Shown here piece by piece: positions 36,029-45,602 of a DNA stretch of 64,000 nt. This stretch comes from an uncultured Smithella sp. (GTDB lineage Bacteria; Desulfobacterota; Syntrophia; Syntrophales; Smithellaceae). The notes beneath the pieces are model-generated. The model did no database searches, had not been told where the DNA came from, and worked only from the letters and a program-made list of their open reading frames with translations. How positions within the stretch are numbered: the first letter of the stretch is position 1; each line of letters starts with the position of its first letter. A program made the position numbers and the translations under genes. Where the stretch lies: NCBI GenBank assembly GCA_964547345.1, contig CAZJMX010000003.1, positions 24,800 through 88,799 of the forward strand, written 5' to 3'.

Positions 36029-38791
36029 ATGAACGCAGTAGAAATTGAAATGGCCATCTCTGAATTTGCGCTTCAGCCGTTTGACGGGCCGGCGTTCCCG
36101 TTTTCATTTCTCCAAGCGTTTGGAAATAAGGAAACGACCATCAAGCGTTTACGCTCTGGAGCATCGAACAAGTCCGACCTGGGTGGGATTCTACAGACGA
36201 ACAATATTCACATCGCTATTGCTCATCTTGGCGAAGTGGCTAAAACCCTTGCCGCGCTCAAAGAAAGCCCGGCCACGACCAAGGCCAAAGCACGGTTTAT
36301 TCTCTCTACAGACGGAGTAGACTTTGAGGCTGAAGATTTGGAATCTGGCGAGACGATCGCCTGTGCCTATCAGAACTTTCCGGATCATTTTGGTTTTTTT
36401 CTGCCTTTGGCAGGTATCTCAACAGTCAAACAGATACGAGACAGCTCGTTTGATATCAGGGCAACCAGCCGCCTCAACCGACTTTATGTTGAGTTGTTGA
36501 AAGACAACCCAACATGGGGCGCAGCCGATCGCAGCCATGACATGAATCACTTCATGGCGCGCTTGATTTTCTGTTTCTTTGCCGAAGACACGGGGATCTT
36601 TCATGGTAACGGGTCATTCACCAATACCATTGAACAGATGAGCGCTCGGGACTCTTCGAATACCCATGATGTGATCAGCGAAGTCTTCCTCGCCATGAAC
36701 ACGAAATACGCCAATCGCGCAGATGCCAAAATCCCGCGTTGGGCCGATGCGTTCCCCTATGTAAATGGCGGTCTTTTCTCCGGCAGCGTTGACGTTCCGA
36801 CATTCAGCAGGATTGCCCGGTCATATCTGCTGCACATCGGAAGTCTCGACTGGACAAAGATCAACCCGGATATTTTTGGCTCTATGATTCAAGCTGTTGC
36901 GGATGATGAGGTGCGTGGTGCTCTTGGCATGCACTACACCAGCGTTCCGAACATTCTGAAAGTCCTCAACCCATTGTTCCTTGATGAACTGCGGGAACGA
37001 CTTGAGGAAGCAGGCGATAACCCCCGGATGTTGCTTAATCTGCGCAAGCGCCTGTCAAGGATAAGAGTCTTTGACCCGGCTAGCGGTTCCGGCAATTTTC
37101 TGGTCATCGCCTACAAACAGATGAGAGAGATTGAAAATACAATCAACGAGCGGCGCGGAGAGTTTGGGCGCAAAAGTGTGATCCCTTTAACCAATTTTCG
37201 TGGTATTGAGATTCGTGATTTCGCTGCCGAAATCGCCCGTTTGGCGCTCATTATCGCGGAGTATCAGTGTGACGTTCGGTACCTTGGCCAAAAGGAAGCA
37301 CTGGCTGATTTTTTGCCACTTTCCGCGGACAATTGGATTACCTGCGGTAACGCCTTGAGATTGGACTGGCTGAGCATTTGCCCACCGACTGGAACAGGCG
37401 TGAAGTTGTTATCGGACGACCTCTTCAGTACACCTCTCGATCAAGCGCAGATCGACTTTGAAAATGAAGGTGGAGAAACATATATCTGTGGGAATCCACC
37501 ATTTACGGGTACGCGAAAACAGACCGCTGAGCAAAAGAGTGACCTGCAAGCTGTCTTTTCGCGGCATACAACGAAATGGAAAAATGCAGACTATGTTGGG
37601 GCGTGGCTGGTTAAAGCCGCACTGTACAACGCCCGTTGCCATGCACCATTCGCTTTTGTGGCTACGAACAGCCTTTGTCAAGGGCAACAAGTACCTATAA
37701 CATGGATCGTATTGAGAAACTTGGGATTCCGGATAAGATTTGCATATACATCTTTTATCTGGTCAAACTTAGCAAAAAATCGAGCTGGCGTAACAGTAAT
37801 TGTTGTAGGACTGGATTCTGATATTTCATCCGAACGCTACTTGATATCAGGAGATAACAAACACGTTGTTGAAAACATTAACCCATACTTGACTGAGCAC
37901 AAAATCGATGTAGTTACTGCATCTCGCCACCCGCTTTTTACCGATGTCCCAATGGACTATGGCGTCTATTATTCAAAATCGGCGGGGCTGATATTAGAGC
38001 CGGACGAAGCGCGCAATCTCAAGCAGAATGGTTTGTCCGAGAAATTTATCAAACGCTTTATAGGATCATCGGAATTCATCAATGGCAAAGAACGATTATG
38101 TCTCTGGCTTAATGATGAGGATCTGAAAATAGCCATGCAGATTCCTGATGTTCGACATCGAATCGAAGCAGTTCGTCGGGATCGGTTAGAGACAGAGGAT
38201 GATGCAGTTAAAAAATTAGCTGATAGACCACACCAATTTCGCGAGCGCAAAGGTGATGAGCTACGAAAAATTCTTATACCCATTGTTTCTTCCGAGAATC
38301 GTAATTATCTTCCCGTTGGCTTAGCAGATGAGAGCATTATACCCACAAACAAGATGTTCTTCATCGGTGATGCCCCGATTTGGTGCTTGGCGATCTTGTC
38401 ATCAAAACTTCATCTTGCATGGATTGCTGCAATCTGCGGCCGTTTGAGGTCCGACTATTCTTACTCTAATACCCTCGGATGGAATACCTTTCCATTGCCC
38501 ACTCTTAGTGAAAAGAATAAGGCGGACCTCACGCGCCGTGCCGCAGATATCCTACTGGCGCGCGAGGCACATTTTCCAGCAACCGTCGCTGATCTCTACA
38601 ATCCTGACACCATGCCCTCTGACCTGTATGAGGCACACGAACGTAATGATGAAACACTGGAACGCATCTATATCGGACGCCGCTTTCGCAACGATACAGA
38701 GCGGCTGGAAAAACTGTTTGATCTTTACTCCAGGATGACCTCAACAGCGGGGTCAGGCAAAACAAAGAAGGGAGCAACTTGTGACCATTGA
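36029..38791 (+). CDS. MmeI-family (type IIL / PglX-like) N6-adenine DNA methyltransferase; N-terminal nuclease motif apparently degenerate
   Basis: LIFCFFAEDTGIF, AFPYVNGGLF, SLDWTKINPDIFGSMIQ, GMHYTSVPNILKVLNPLFLDEL, motif I FDPASGSGNFLV, motif IV NPPF at 37493-37504. The N-terminal region aligns by eye to the MmeI nuclease fold but shows no D...ExK. Confidence 0.75.
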   Translation: MNAVEIEMAISEFALQPFDGPAFPFSFLQAFGNKETTIKRLRSGASNKSDLGGILQTNNIHIAIAHLGEVAKTLAALKESPATTKAKARFILSTDGVDFEAEDLESGETIACAYQNFPDHFGFFLPLAGISTVKQIRDSSFDIRATSRLNRLYVELLKDNPTWGAADRSHDMNHFMARLIFCFFAEDTGIFHGNGSFTNTIEQMSARDSSNTHDVISEVFLAMNTKYANRADAKIPRWADAFPYVNGGLFSGSVDVPTFSRIARSYLLHIGSLDWTKINPDIFGSMIQAVADDEVRGALGMHYTSVPNILKVLNPLFLDELRERLEEAGDNPRMLLNLRKRLSRIRVFDPASGSGNFLVIAYKQMREIENTINERRGEFGRKSVIPLTNFRGIEIRDFAAEIARLALIIAEYQCDVRYLGQKEALADFLPLSADNWITCGNALRLDWLSICPPTGTGVKLLSDDLFSTPLDQAQIDFENEGGETYICGNPPFTGTRKQTAEQKSDLQAVFSRHTTKWKNADYVGAWLVKAALYNARCHAPFAFVATNSLCQGQQVPITWIVLRNLGFRIRFAYTSFIWSNLAKNRAGVTVIVVGLDSDISSERYLISGDNKHVVENINPYLTEHKIDVVTASRHPLFTDVPMDYGVYYSKSAGLILEPDEARNLKQNGLSEKFIKRFIGSSEFINGKERLCLWLNDEDLKIAMQIPDVRHRIEAVRRDRLETEDDAVKKLADRPHQFRERKGDELRKILIPIVSSENRNYLPVGLADESIIPTNKMFFIGDAPIWCLAILSSKLHLAWIAAICGRLRSDYSYSNTLGWNTFPLPTLSEKNKADLTRRAADILLAREAHFPATVADLYNPDTMPSDLYEAHERNDETLERIYIGRRFRNDTERLEKLFDLYSRMTSTAGSGKTKKGATCDH

Positions 38792-40847
38792 GATGAAATC
38801 AGTTCCTTCCGTTTCGGTGTCTTACGCTCGTAACGGCAGTTCGACCAAGGCCAACGTGCTCGGTATGAGGCCGATGCAGGAGCGCGCCTATGAACGGCGC
38901 GGTGAGCAGTACCTGCTTATCAAATCCCCCCCTGCCTCCGGTAAGAGCAGGGCTTTGATGTTTATCACCTTGGACAAAATCCATAACCAGGGACTCAAAC
39001 AGGCCATTATCGCAGTGCCGGAGAAAACCATCGGCGCAAGCTTCAGCGATCAGCCCCTGAGCAAATTCGGCTTTTGGACTGATTGGCAGGTCGAGCCGAA
39101 ATGGAACCTGTGCAACGCCCCCGGCTCGGATAATGGCGGGAAGGTTAAATCAGTGGGGGCGTTCCTTGAAGGTGAGGACAAGGTATTGGTCTGTACCCAC
39201 GCCACCTTCCGCTTCGCCGTAGATCAGTTCGGGGTAGAAGCGTTCGATAATCGACTGATAGCCATAGACGAATTCCACCACGTTTCAGCCAACCCCGACA
39301 ACAAACTCGGTTTGCATCTCGGGCAGTTCATCACTCGCGACCGGGCGCATATCATTGCCATGACCGGCTCATACTTCCGGGGGGATGCTGAGGCCGTACT
39401 GGCCCCGCAGGATGAAGCGAAATTCGATACCGTTACCTATACCTACTATGAGCAACTTAATGGTTACGAGTACCTGAAACAGCTTGACATTGGTTATTTC
39501 TTCTATTCCGGCTCTTATGCCGACGATATTCTCAAGGTGCTTGACCCGGTCGAGAAAACCATTGTCCACATTCCCAACGTCAATTCGCGCGAAAGCACAA
39601 AAGATAAAATCAGAGAGGTCGAGTACATTATTGAAGAGCTGGGAGAGTGGCAAGGAACTGATCCCGAGACAGGCTTTCAATTGGTCAAAACAAGCAATGG
39701 CCGTCTTTTGCGGATCGCCGATCTGGTTGACGATGATTCCGCCAAGCGCGACAAAGTTTCTGCCGCATTAAAAAACCAGGCCCAGAAGGAAAACCGAGAT
39801 CACGTTGACATCATTATCGCCCTTGGCATGGCAAAGGAAGGTTTCGACTGGATTTGGTGCGAGCACGCACTGACGGTCGGTTATCGGTCGAGCCTCACGG
39901 AAATCGTGCAGATCATCGGCCGCGCCACCCGCGACGCTCCAGGGAAAACCCGTGCCCGTTTCACCAACTTGATCGCCGAACCAGACGCCTCCGCACAAGT
40001 GGTTACGGAGGCAGTTAACGATACTTTGAAAGCTATTGCCGCGAGCCTCCTGATGGAGCAGGTTTTAGCGCCACGCTTTGAGTTCAAACCTAAAAATCCG
40101 GAGAGTGGCCCTGTGCAGGGATTTGACTATGGCGAAGCCGGTTATGATCCCAACAAATGCAATATCGGAGTGAACGAAGAGACGGGGCGCTATTTGATTG
40201 AAATCAAGGGTCTCGCAGAACCAAAAACCGAGGAGGCTGCCCGGATTTGCCGGGAAGATCTGAACGAAGTCATCGCAACTTTCATTCAGGATAAAACCGT
40301 CATCGAGCGAGGTCTGTTTGATGAAGAACTCGTACCCGAGGAATTGACTCAGGTTCGCATGGGCAAGATCATCAAGGAAAAGTATCCGGATCTTGCCCAG
40401 GAAGACCAAGAAGCAGTCCGCCAGCACGCAATCGCTGCCATCAATCTGGTGCAACAGGCGAAGCAACTTACAGACGGCACCGGGAGTAAAAGTCCGGGTG
40501 AACCAGTTGCCAATACTGCCCTGATCCAGGGTGTACGCAAATTTGCCATGGATGTTCGAGAACTGGATATCGACCTCATCGACCGTATCAATCCTTTTAG
40601 TGAGGCATATGCGATCCTTGCCAAGGCTATGAGTGAAGAGAGCCTAAAGCAGGTGGCGTCAGTCATTGCAGCTAAGCGAACAAGCCTCACACCCGAAGAG
40701 GCCAAGGAGCTTGCGGTTCGTGCTGTAAAGTTTAAGAAAGAGCGGGGACGCTTGCCGTCGATTGGCTCAGCAGATGCTTGGGAGAAACGGATGGCCGAGG
40801 GTGCAGCTGCCTTCGTTCGCTTTAAGGATGAGGGACGCTATGATTGA
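38781..40847 (+). CDS. SF2 (ResIII/DEAH-type) helicase
   Basis: Walker A SPPASGKSR, DEFH box (LIAIDEFHH), motif VI QIIGRATR. The GTG start overlaps the methyltransferase stop; an alternative ATG lies at 38793. Confidence 0.75.
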   Translation: MTIEMKSVPSVSVSYARNGSSTKANVLGMRPMQERAYERRGEQYLLIKSPPASGKSRALMFITLDKIHNQGLKQAIIAVPEKTIGASFSDQPLSKFGFWTDWQVEPKWNLCNAPGSDNGGKVKSVGAFLEGEDKVLVCTHATFRFAVDQFGVEAFDNRLIAIDEFHHVSANPDNKLGLHLGQFITRDRAHIIAMTGSYFRGDAEAVLAPQDEAKFDTVTYTYYEQLNGYEYLKQLDIGYFFYSGSYADDILKVLDPVEKTIVHIPNVNSRESTKDKIREVEYIIEELGEWQGTDPETGFQLVKTSNGRLLRIADLVDDDSAKRDKVSAALKNQAQKENRDHVDIIIALGMAKEGFDWIWCEHALTVGYRSSLTEIVQIIGRATRDAPGKTRARFTNLIAEPDASAQVVTEAVNDTLKAIAASLLMEQVLAPRFEFKPKNPESGPVQGFDYGEAGYDPNKCNIGVNEETGRYLIEIKGLAEPKTEEAARICREDLNEVIATFIQDKTVIERGLFDEELVPEELTQVRMGKIIKEKYPDLAQEDQEAVRQHAIAAINLVQQAKQLTDGTGSKSPGEPVANTALIQGVRKFAMDVRELDIDLIDRINPFSEAYAILAKAMSEESLKQVASVIAAKRTSLTPEEAKELAVRAVKFKKERGRLPSIGSADAWEKRMAEGAAAFVRFKDEGRYD

Positions 40848-42015
40848 TCTGGACGAATTACGGAAAGAACTAGATGAATTTGCAACGCCAGATAAGAAGG
40901 GGGGACGCTCGCCACGTGAGGAACGTATAATTGCAGGGTTTGAGGAAATCCAGCGATTTGTTGAACAACACGACCGCGTGCCGCAGCACGGTGAAGACAA
41001 AGACATATTCGAGCGACTGTATGCTGTGCGCTTGGATCGTTTGCGTGCGTTGGAGGAATGCCGCGTTCTTCTCGCGCCACTTGATCGTCAGGGACTGCTG
41101 ACCGACACCGAGGTCACCAGTTCAACGCCAGTGGATGCAATAAGCGATGATGAGTTGCTCGCCGAACTCGAAGGAGCGGCTGGTACATCAGGAATTACTG
41201 AACTACGCCATGTTCGCTCAAGAGGCGAAATTCGTACAGCCGAAGAAATTGCAAATCGCGAGAAGTGTGAAGACTTCGATCATTTTCAGCCTCTTTTCAA
41301 ACAGGCTGAAAATGAGCTTAAGTCCGGCCGCCGACAAACAAGACCATTTGGCAAATATGCCCGCGTTGACGCAGGCGACTTCTTTATTCTGAGCGGTCAG
41401 CTTGTTTATGTCGTTGAGAAGGGCGATGAATTTCAAACACCGAATGGTCATCTGGATGCTCGGCTCAGGGTTATCTATGCGAACGGCACCGAAAGCAATC
41501 TCTTGCTCAGATCTCTTCAGCGCGCTCTGTACAAGGATGAGGCTGGACGCCGCTTAACAAAGCCAGATTCAGAATCTGGGCCGTTGTTCAGTGAATCATG
41601 GGATGACGATGACATCGAAAGCGGCACAATATATGTCCTGCGTAGCCTGTCCGATCATCCGTTCATCTCAGAACACCGGGATCTAATACACAAGATTGGC
41701 GTCACTGGTGGAAAGATTGAATCGAGAATTGCCAATGCTGCGTATGATGCTACTTATCTGCTGGCGGATGTTGAAGTTGTCGCCAGCTACAAATTGGCGG
41801 GAATTAACCGGACAAAGCTGGAGAAGCTCTTTCACCGCATCTTTTCACCGGCTCAGTTAGATCTGACAATCCAGGATCGTTTCGGTAATCCCGTAAAGCC
41901 AAGGGAGTGGTTCCTTGTACCTCTGCGCGTGATTGATGAGGCTGTCCAACATATTCGCGATGGCTCTATTTCGTCACTGATATACGATCCTCAGACTGCC
42001 CGATTGGTGGGATGA
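40840..42015 (+). CDS. GIY-YIG / T5orf172 (MUG113-like) nuclease-domain protein
   Basis: The ATG overlaps the helicase stop (ATGATTGA). C-terminal GTIYVLRSL...IHKIGVTGGKIESRI...FH..F pattern. N-terminal helicase-associated-domain-like helices. Confidence 0.65.
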   Translation: MIDLDELRKELDEFATPDKKGGRSPREERIIAGFEEIQRFVEQHDRVPQHGEDKDIFERLYAVRLDRLRALEECRVLLAPLDRQGLLTDTEVTSSTPVDAISDDELLAELEGAAGTSGITELRHVRSRGEIRTAEEIANREKCEDFDHFQPLFKQAENELKSGRRQTRPFGKYARVDAGDFFILSGQLVYVVEKGDEFQTPNGHLDARLRVIYANGTESNLLLRSLQRALYKDEAGRRLTKPDSESGPLFSESWDDDDIESGTIYVLRSLSDHPFISEHRDLIHKIGVTGGKIESRIANAAYDATYLLADVEVVASYKLAGINRTKLEKLFHRIFSPAQLDLTIQDRFGNPVKPREWFLVPLRVIDEAVQHIRDGSISSLIYDPQTARLVG

Positions 42016-42321
42016 TGCTTGTATTCTTACGCACATCTGATTCCAACGAGTGTGATGACAGTGGGCAATTTTCTCTCACCAATGGAACACGACTACCTGG
42101 GTATTTTGTTGCGTGGCAAACAGCTGACAATTCTTTACCCGACAAGAGGAATGAGAGAGGCTTGCGCCTCGACGAAAAGGTAAGGCAGGCCAAGGACCTT
42201 TACTTGTCCTTTCCGCATTTGCCGATGAGCTTCTGGTGCCTTATGCCGCTCTTCTCGAAGCAGGCGCGCAACCTTCTGAGCTTTTATTGGTTCAAAACTT
42301 AAGTCATAGAGAGGAATTATC

Positions 42322-44166
42322 ATGACAACATTTGATTCAACAAAATCCGCGCTTAGCAAGCTACTGGAACATGTTTCCGAAGGAAAAATTCAACTGCCGG
42401 ATTTCCAGCGCGGCTGGATATGGGATGATGCACATATTCGTTCTTTGCTCGTCAGCATAGCTCGTTCATTTCCAATTGGTAGCATCATGCTTTTGGAAAC
42501 AGGCGGATCAGCTAAATTTCAGATTCGTCCCGTAGAGGGAATTACACCATCAACAACCGATAAAATTGAGAAACTTATTCTGGATGGTCAACAGCGTCTT
42601 ACATCCTTAACACAGGTCCTTAAATTGGCCACACCTGTCAACACTAAAAACGATAAGGGACGGCAGGTAAAACTTTTTTATTATATCAACATAGAGAAAG
42701 CGCGATCAGGTAATAGTTCAATAGAGGATGCCATATTTGCTGTTGATGAAACGAAGATGTTGCGCACGAACTTTGGGCGTGATGTCGTTCTTGATCTGAG
42801 CAATCAACAAAAGGAGTTTTCAGCATTTTGTTTTCCCTGCAGTCAAATTATGAATTCTGATTCATGGGAAGAAGGGTTAATGGCGCACGACCCAAGTAAA
42901 TTCCCCGGCTACATGGAATTCAGAAAAACAGTTCTTAATGCCTTTCGCGAATATCAGATTCCGATCATTGAGTTAAAAAAGGAAACGAGTAAAGAGGCTG
43001 TCTGCCTGGTGTTTGAAAAAGTCAATACAGGCGGCGTCCCCCTGTCCGTTTTTGAGCTCGTAACAGCAACCTATGCAGCAGATGGTTTTAATTTGCGCGA
43101 TGACTGGTATGGCAATCCTGCTGTTTCTATGCCAGGGCGACAAAAAAAGTTTGCAGTAAAGCCGCTTCTTCGCAGTCTGGAGCCCACTGATTTTCTTCAA
43201 GGGATTTCTCTGCTCCATAGTTATGAAAAACATGAGGCAGATATTAAGAATCATAAAACAGGAAAAGAGATAACGGCTGTAAGCGCGAAGCGGGAACATA
43301 TTCTTGAACTCCCATTGGATGCTTACAAAAATTGGGCGGATAAACTCACTGAGGGCTTTGTTAATGCAGACCAGTTTCTAAGAATGGAAGGGTTCCACAA
43401 TCCCAGGTATCTTCCATATCGAACACAGCTTGTTCCCCTTGCCGCGGTAATGGTTCATCTTCGTGAGCGATGGCTTGAGCCAGTCATTCGAGGAAAGCTT
43501 TGCCGTTGGTATTGGTGCGGTGTTTTAGGTGAATCATATGGTGGTGCAGTAGAAACAAGGATTGCATTGGATTTGCAGGATATACTTGAATGGATAAACA
43601 AAGCCGATGCGCCGGAACCTAAAACTATTGTGGATGCGGGATTTCAGCCGTCACGACTCGATACGCTACGCACACGAACGAGCGCTGCCTACCGTGGTAT
43701 CTACGTCTTGCTCCAAAGACAAGGATCGAAAGACTTTTTCTGGAAGGCCCGTATGGTGGATCTGGATCGTGATGAGTACAAGATTGACATACACCACATT
43801 TTTCCAAGTGATTGGTGCACCGGTCAAAAGATCCAACCGAAAGTATTCAATGCTATCGTCAATAAAACACCAATATCCTACAAAGCAAACAGGATGATTG
43901 GCGGCAAAGCGCCTTCACTGTATGTTGCGCAAATTCAGGGTCACGCGCAGGTGCAAATTACTTCTGACGAAATGAATGATATCTTGAAAACGCACTTGAT
44001 CGATCCATTAAATTTACGAAATGATGACTTTCAGACGTTTTACAATTCGCGCAAGCAATCTCTTATCAGGTTGATAGAAGCTGCAACCGGAAAAGCTATT
44101 CTTCCTGCCGGTACAGAAGCGCCTCCAGAGGATGCGGAAGAGGACGAGGAAGCATCAGACGATTAG
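42322..44166 (+). CDS. GmrSD-family type IV restriction-like enzyme (DUF262 + DUF1524/HNH-like)
   Basis: IQLPDFQRGWIWD and LDGQQRLTS (DUF262). C-terminal IDIHHIFP...NKTPISYKANRMIGGKAPS (DUF1524). Confidence 0.8.
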   Translation: MTTFDSTKSALSKLLEHVSEGKIQLPDFQRGWIWDDAHIRSLLVSIARSFPIGSIMLLETGGSAKFQIRPVEGITPSTTDKIEKLILDGQQRLTSLTQVLKLATPVNTKNDKGRQVKLFYYINIEKARSGNSSIEDAIFAVDETKMLRTNFGRDVVLDLSNQQKEFSAFCFPCSQIMNSDSWEEGLMAHDPSKFPGYMEFRKTVLNAFREYQIPIIELKKETSKEAVCLVFEKVNTGGVPLSVFELVTATYAADGFNLRDDWYGNPAVSMPGRQKKFAVKPLLRSLEPTDFLQGISLLHSYEKHEADIKNHKTGKEITAVSAKREHILELPLDAYKNWADKLTEGFVNADQFLRMEGFHNPRYLPYRTQLVPLAAVMVHLRERWLEPVIRGKLCRWYWCGVLGESYGGAVETRIALDLQDILEWINKADAPEPKTIVDAGFQPSRLDTLRTRTSAAYRGIYVLLQRQGSKDFFWKARMVDLDRDEYKIDIHHIFPSDWCTGQKIQPKVFNAIVNKTPISYKANRMIGGKAPSLYVAQIQGHAQVQITSDEMNDILKTHLIDPLNLRNDDFQTFYNSRKQSLIRLIEAATGKAILPAGTEAPPEDAEEDEEASDD

Positions 44167-44171
44167 AAATA

Positions 44172-45521
44172 ATGAACCCGATTCTATTTATTTACACTAA
44201 ACGTGATTTTAAGGGTGGTGAACTTGGTATGAGATGTTGTGAAAAATGTTTTGACGATGAATACATAAAGCAATTCATAGTAGATGACAATAATAAGGGC
44301 GATTGTGATTATTGCGGTAGCTCGGGTGTATTTGTTGCTGGTACATCGGAGGTTGGTCAGTTCATAAGGGATGGGTTAACCCGCGCTTATGAAAACGTCG
44401 ATGATTCCGGTGTTTACTGGGATTCAGAAGAAAAAGTATATACAGAGGGCGAGCATGCATGCGACCTTCTGATTGATACACATTGCATATTTTCGGATGA
44501 GGTAGAAGATAAGCGTGACGAGTTGCTCGATGATTTATTGTCAGACAGTGGGCCGAGTTATTCAGATATTAAAGATGGTGAATATGATGATTTGGATGGT
44601 GGCCTTGCACTATTAGTTTTGAGAGGCAAATATTTTGCGCCAGATGAAAACAAGTATGAGTATTCATGGAACACTTTCAAGTACATGGTGAAACACTATG
44701 CGCGCTTTTTTGATTTTGAAAAAGCGTTCTTCAATAGAACCGAACTCATTGCGCCAATTTGCGAATTGTTTAAAGAAGTGACACAAAACTTACCTGTGGG
44801 CACGCCTCTATGGCGTGCGCGTATTGTGAGGAAAAGCGAGCTTCCAGAACAAGCAGATAAGATACGTAAAGAGCTAGGGCCACCGCCAATAATTGACGCT
44901 AAAAACAATAGAATGAGTCCGGCCGGGATATCATATTTTTATTTGAGTGATAGTGAATTAACTTGCATAGCCGAGGTGAAACCAAACGTTGGACAGAGCG
45001 TATGGCTTGGTAATTTTATAACGGCAAAGGATTTAAAGTTGCTCGACTTGACTGAAATTCCAGACTATATACCCGATAACATTTTCAGCCCCGATTATGA
45101 TCATGACAAAAATTGGGCGTCCTTCTTTATGGATAGTTTTGCTAATGAAATATCCAGACCGGTGCCCGAAGGTGTTGATTATTTGAATTACGTGCCGACA
45201 CAAGTATTAACAGAATACATAAGAAAAAAAGGGTATGATGGCATAAAATATAAAAGCAGCCAGCGCTCTTCTGGTTGTAACTATACTTTATTTTGTGGAC
45301 CCGAAAAAGAAGATGGCGCTGATTACAAAACGATTGAAGAAAAAAGATTTGAATCATTCACGCAATGGCTGGGATTCACCGCGTTTAAAGAGGTCTATAT
45401 AAACGGCGTAGAATACGGAGTCAGGGAATCTTTCTGGGGTAAAAGGAATTTTACAGATGCGGATTTCGCGAAGGTAGTTGATGATACCGATCCGGATGAA
45501 TTAAACCTAATCAAAACATAA
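44172..45521 (+). CDS. RES-domain protein with N-terminal zinc-ribbon (HEPN/RES-NTD1-like) domain
   Basis: CCEKCFDD...GDCDYCGS N-terminal Cys cluster. RES motifs NNRMSPAGISYFYLS...CIAEV and GIKYKSSQ..GCNYTLF. An alternative start MRCCEKCF lies at about 44229. Confidence 0.7.
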   Translation: MNPILFIYTKRDFKGGELGMRCCEKCFDDEYIKQFIVDDNNKGDCDYCGSSGVFVAGTSEVGQFIRDGLTRAYENVDDSGVYWDSEEKVYTEGEHACDLLIDTHCIFSDEVEDKRDELLDDLLSDSGPSYSDIKDGEYDDLDGGLALLVLRGKYFAPDENKYEYSWNTFKYMVKHYARFFDFEKAFFNRTELIAPICELFKEVTQNLPVGTPLWRARIVRKSELPEQADKIRKELGPPPIIDAKNNRMSPAGISYFYLSDSELTCIAEVKPNVGQSVWLGNFITAKDLKLLDLTEIPDYIPDNIFSPDYDHDKNWASFFMDSFANEISRPVPEGVDYLNYVPTQVLTEYIRKKGYDGIKYKSSQRSSGCNYTLFCGPEKEDGADYKTIEEKRFESFTQWLGFTAFKEVYINGVEYGVRESFWGKRNFTDADFAKVVDDTDPDELNLIKT

Positions 45522-45602
45522 TCAGATAGTCAGGAACAGCGCTCTATTTATCATATTCTTAAAGAGCGCTGCCCCTAATTACCAAATGTATCTACTCTTT
45601 CG

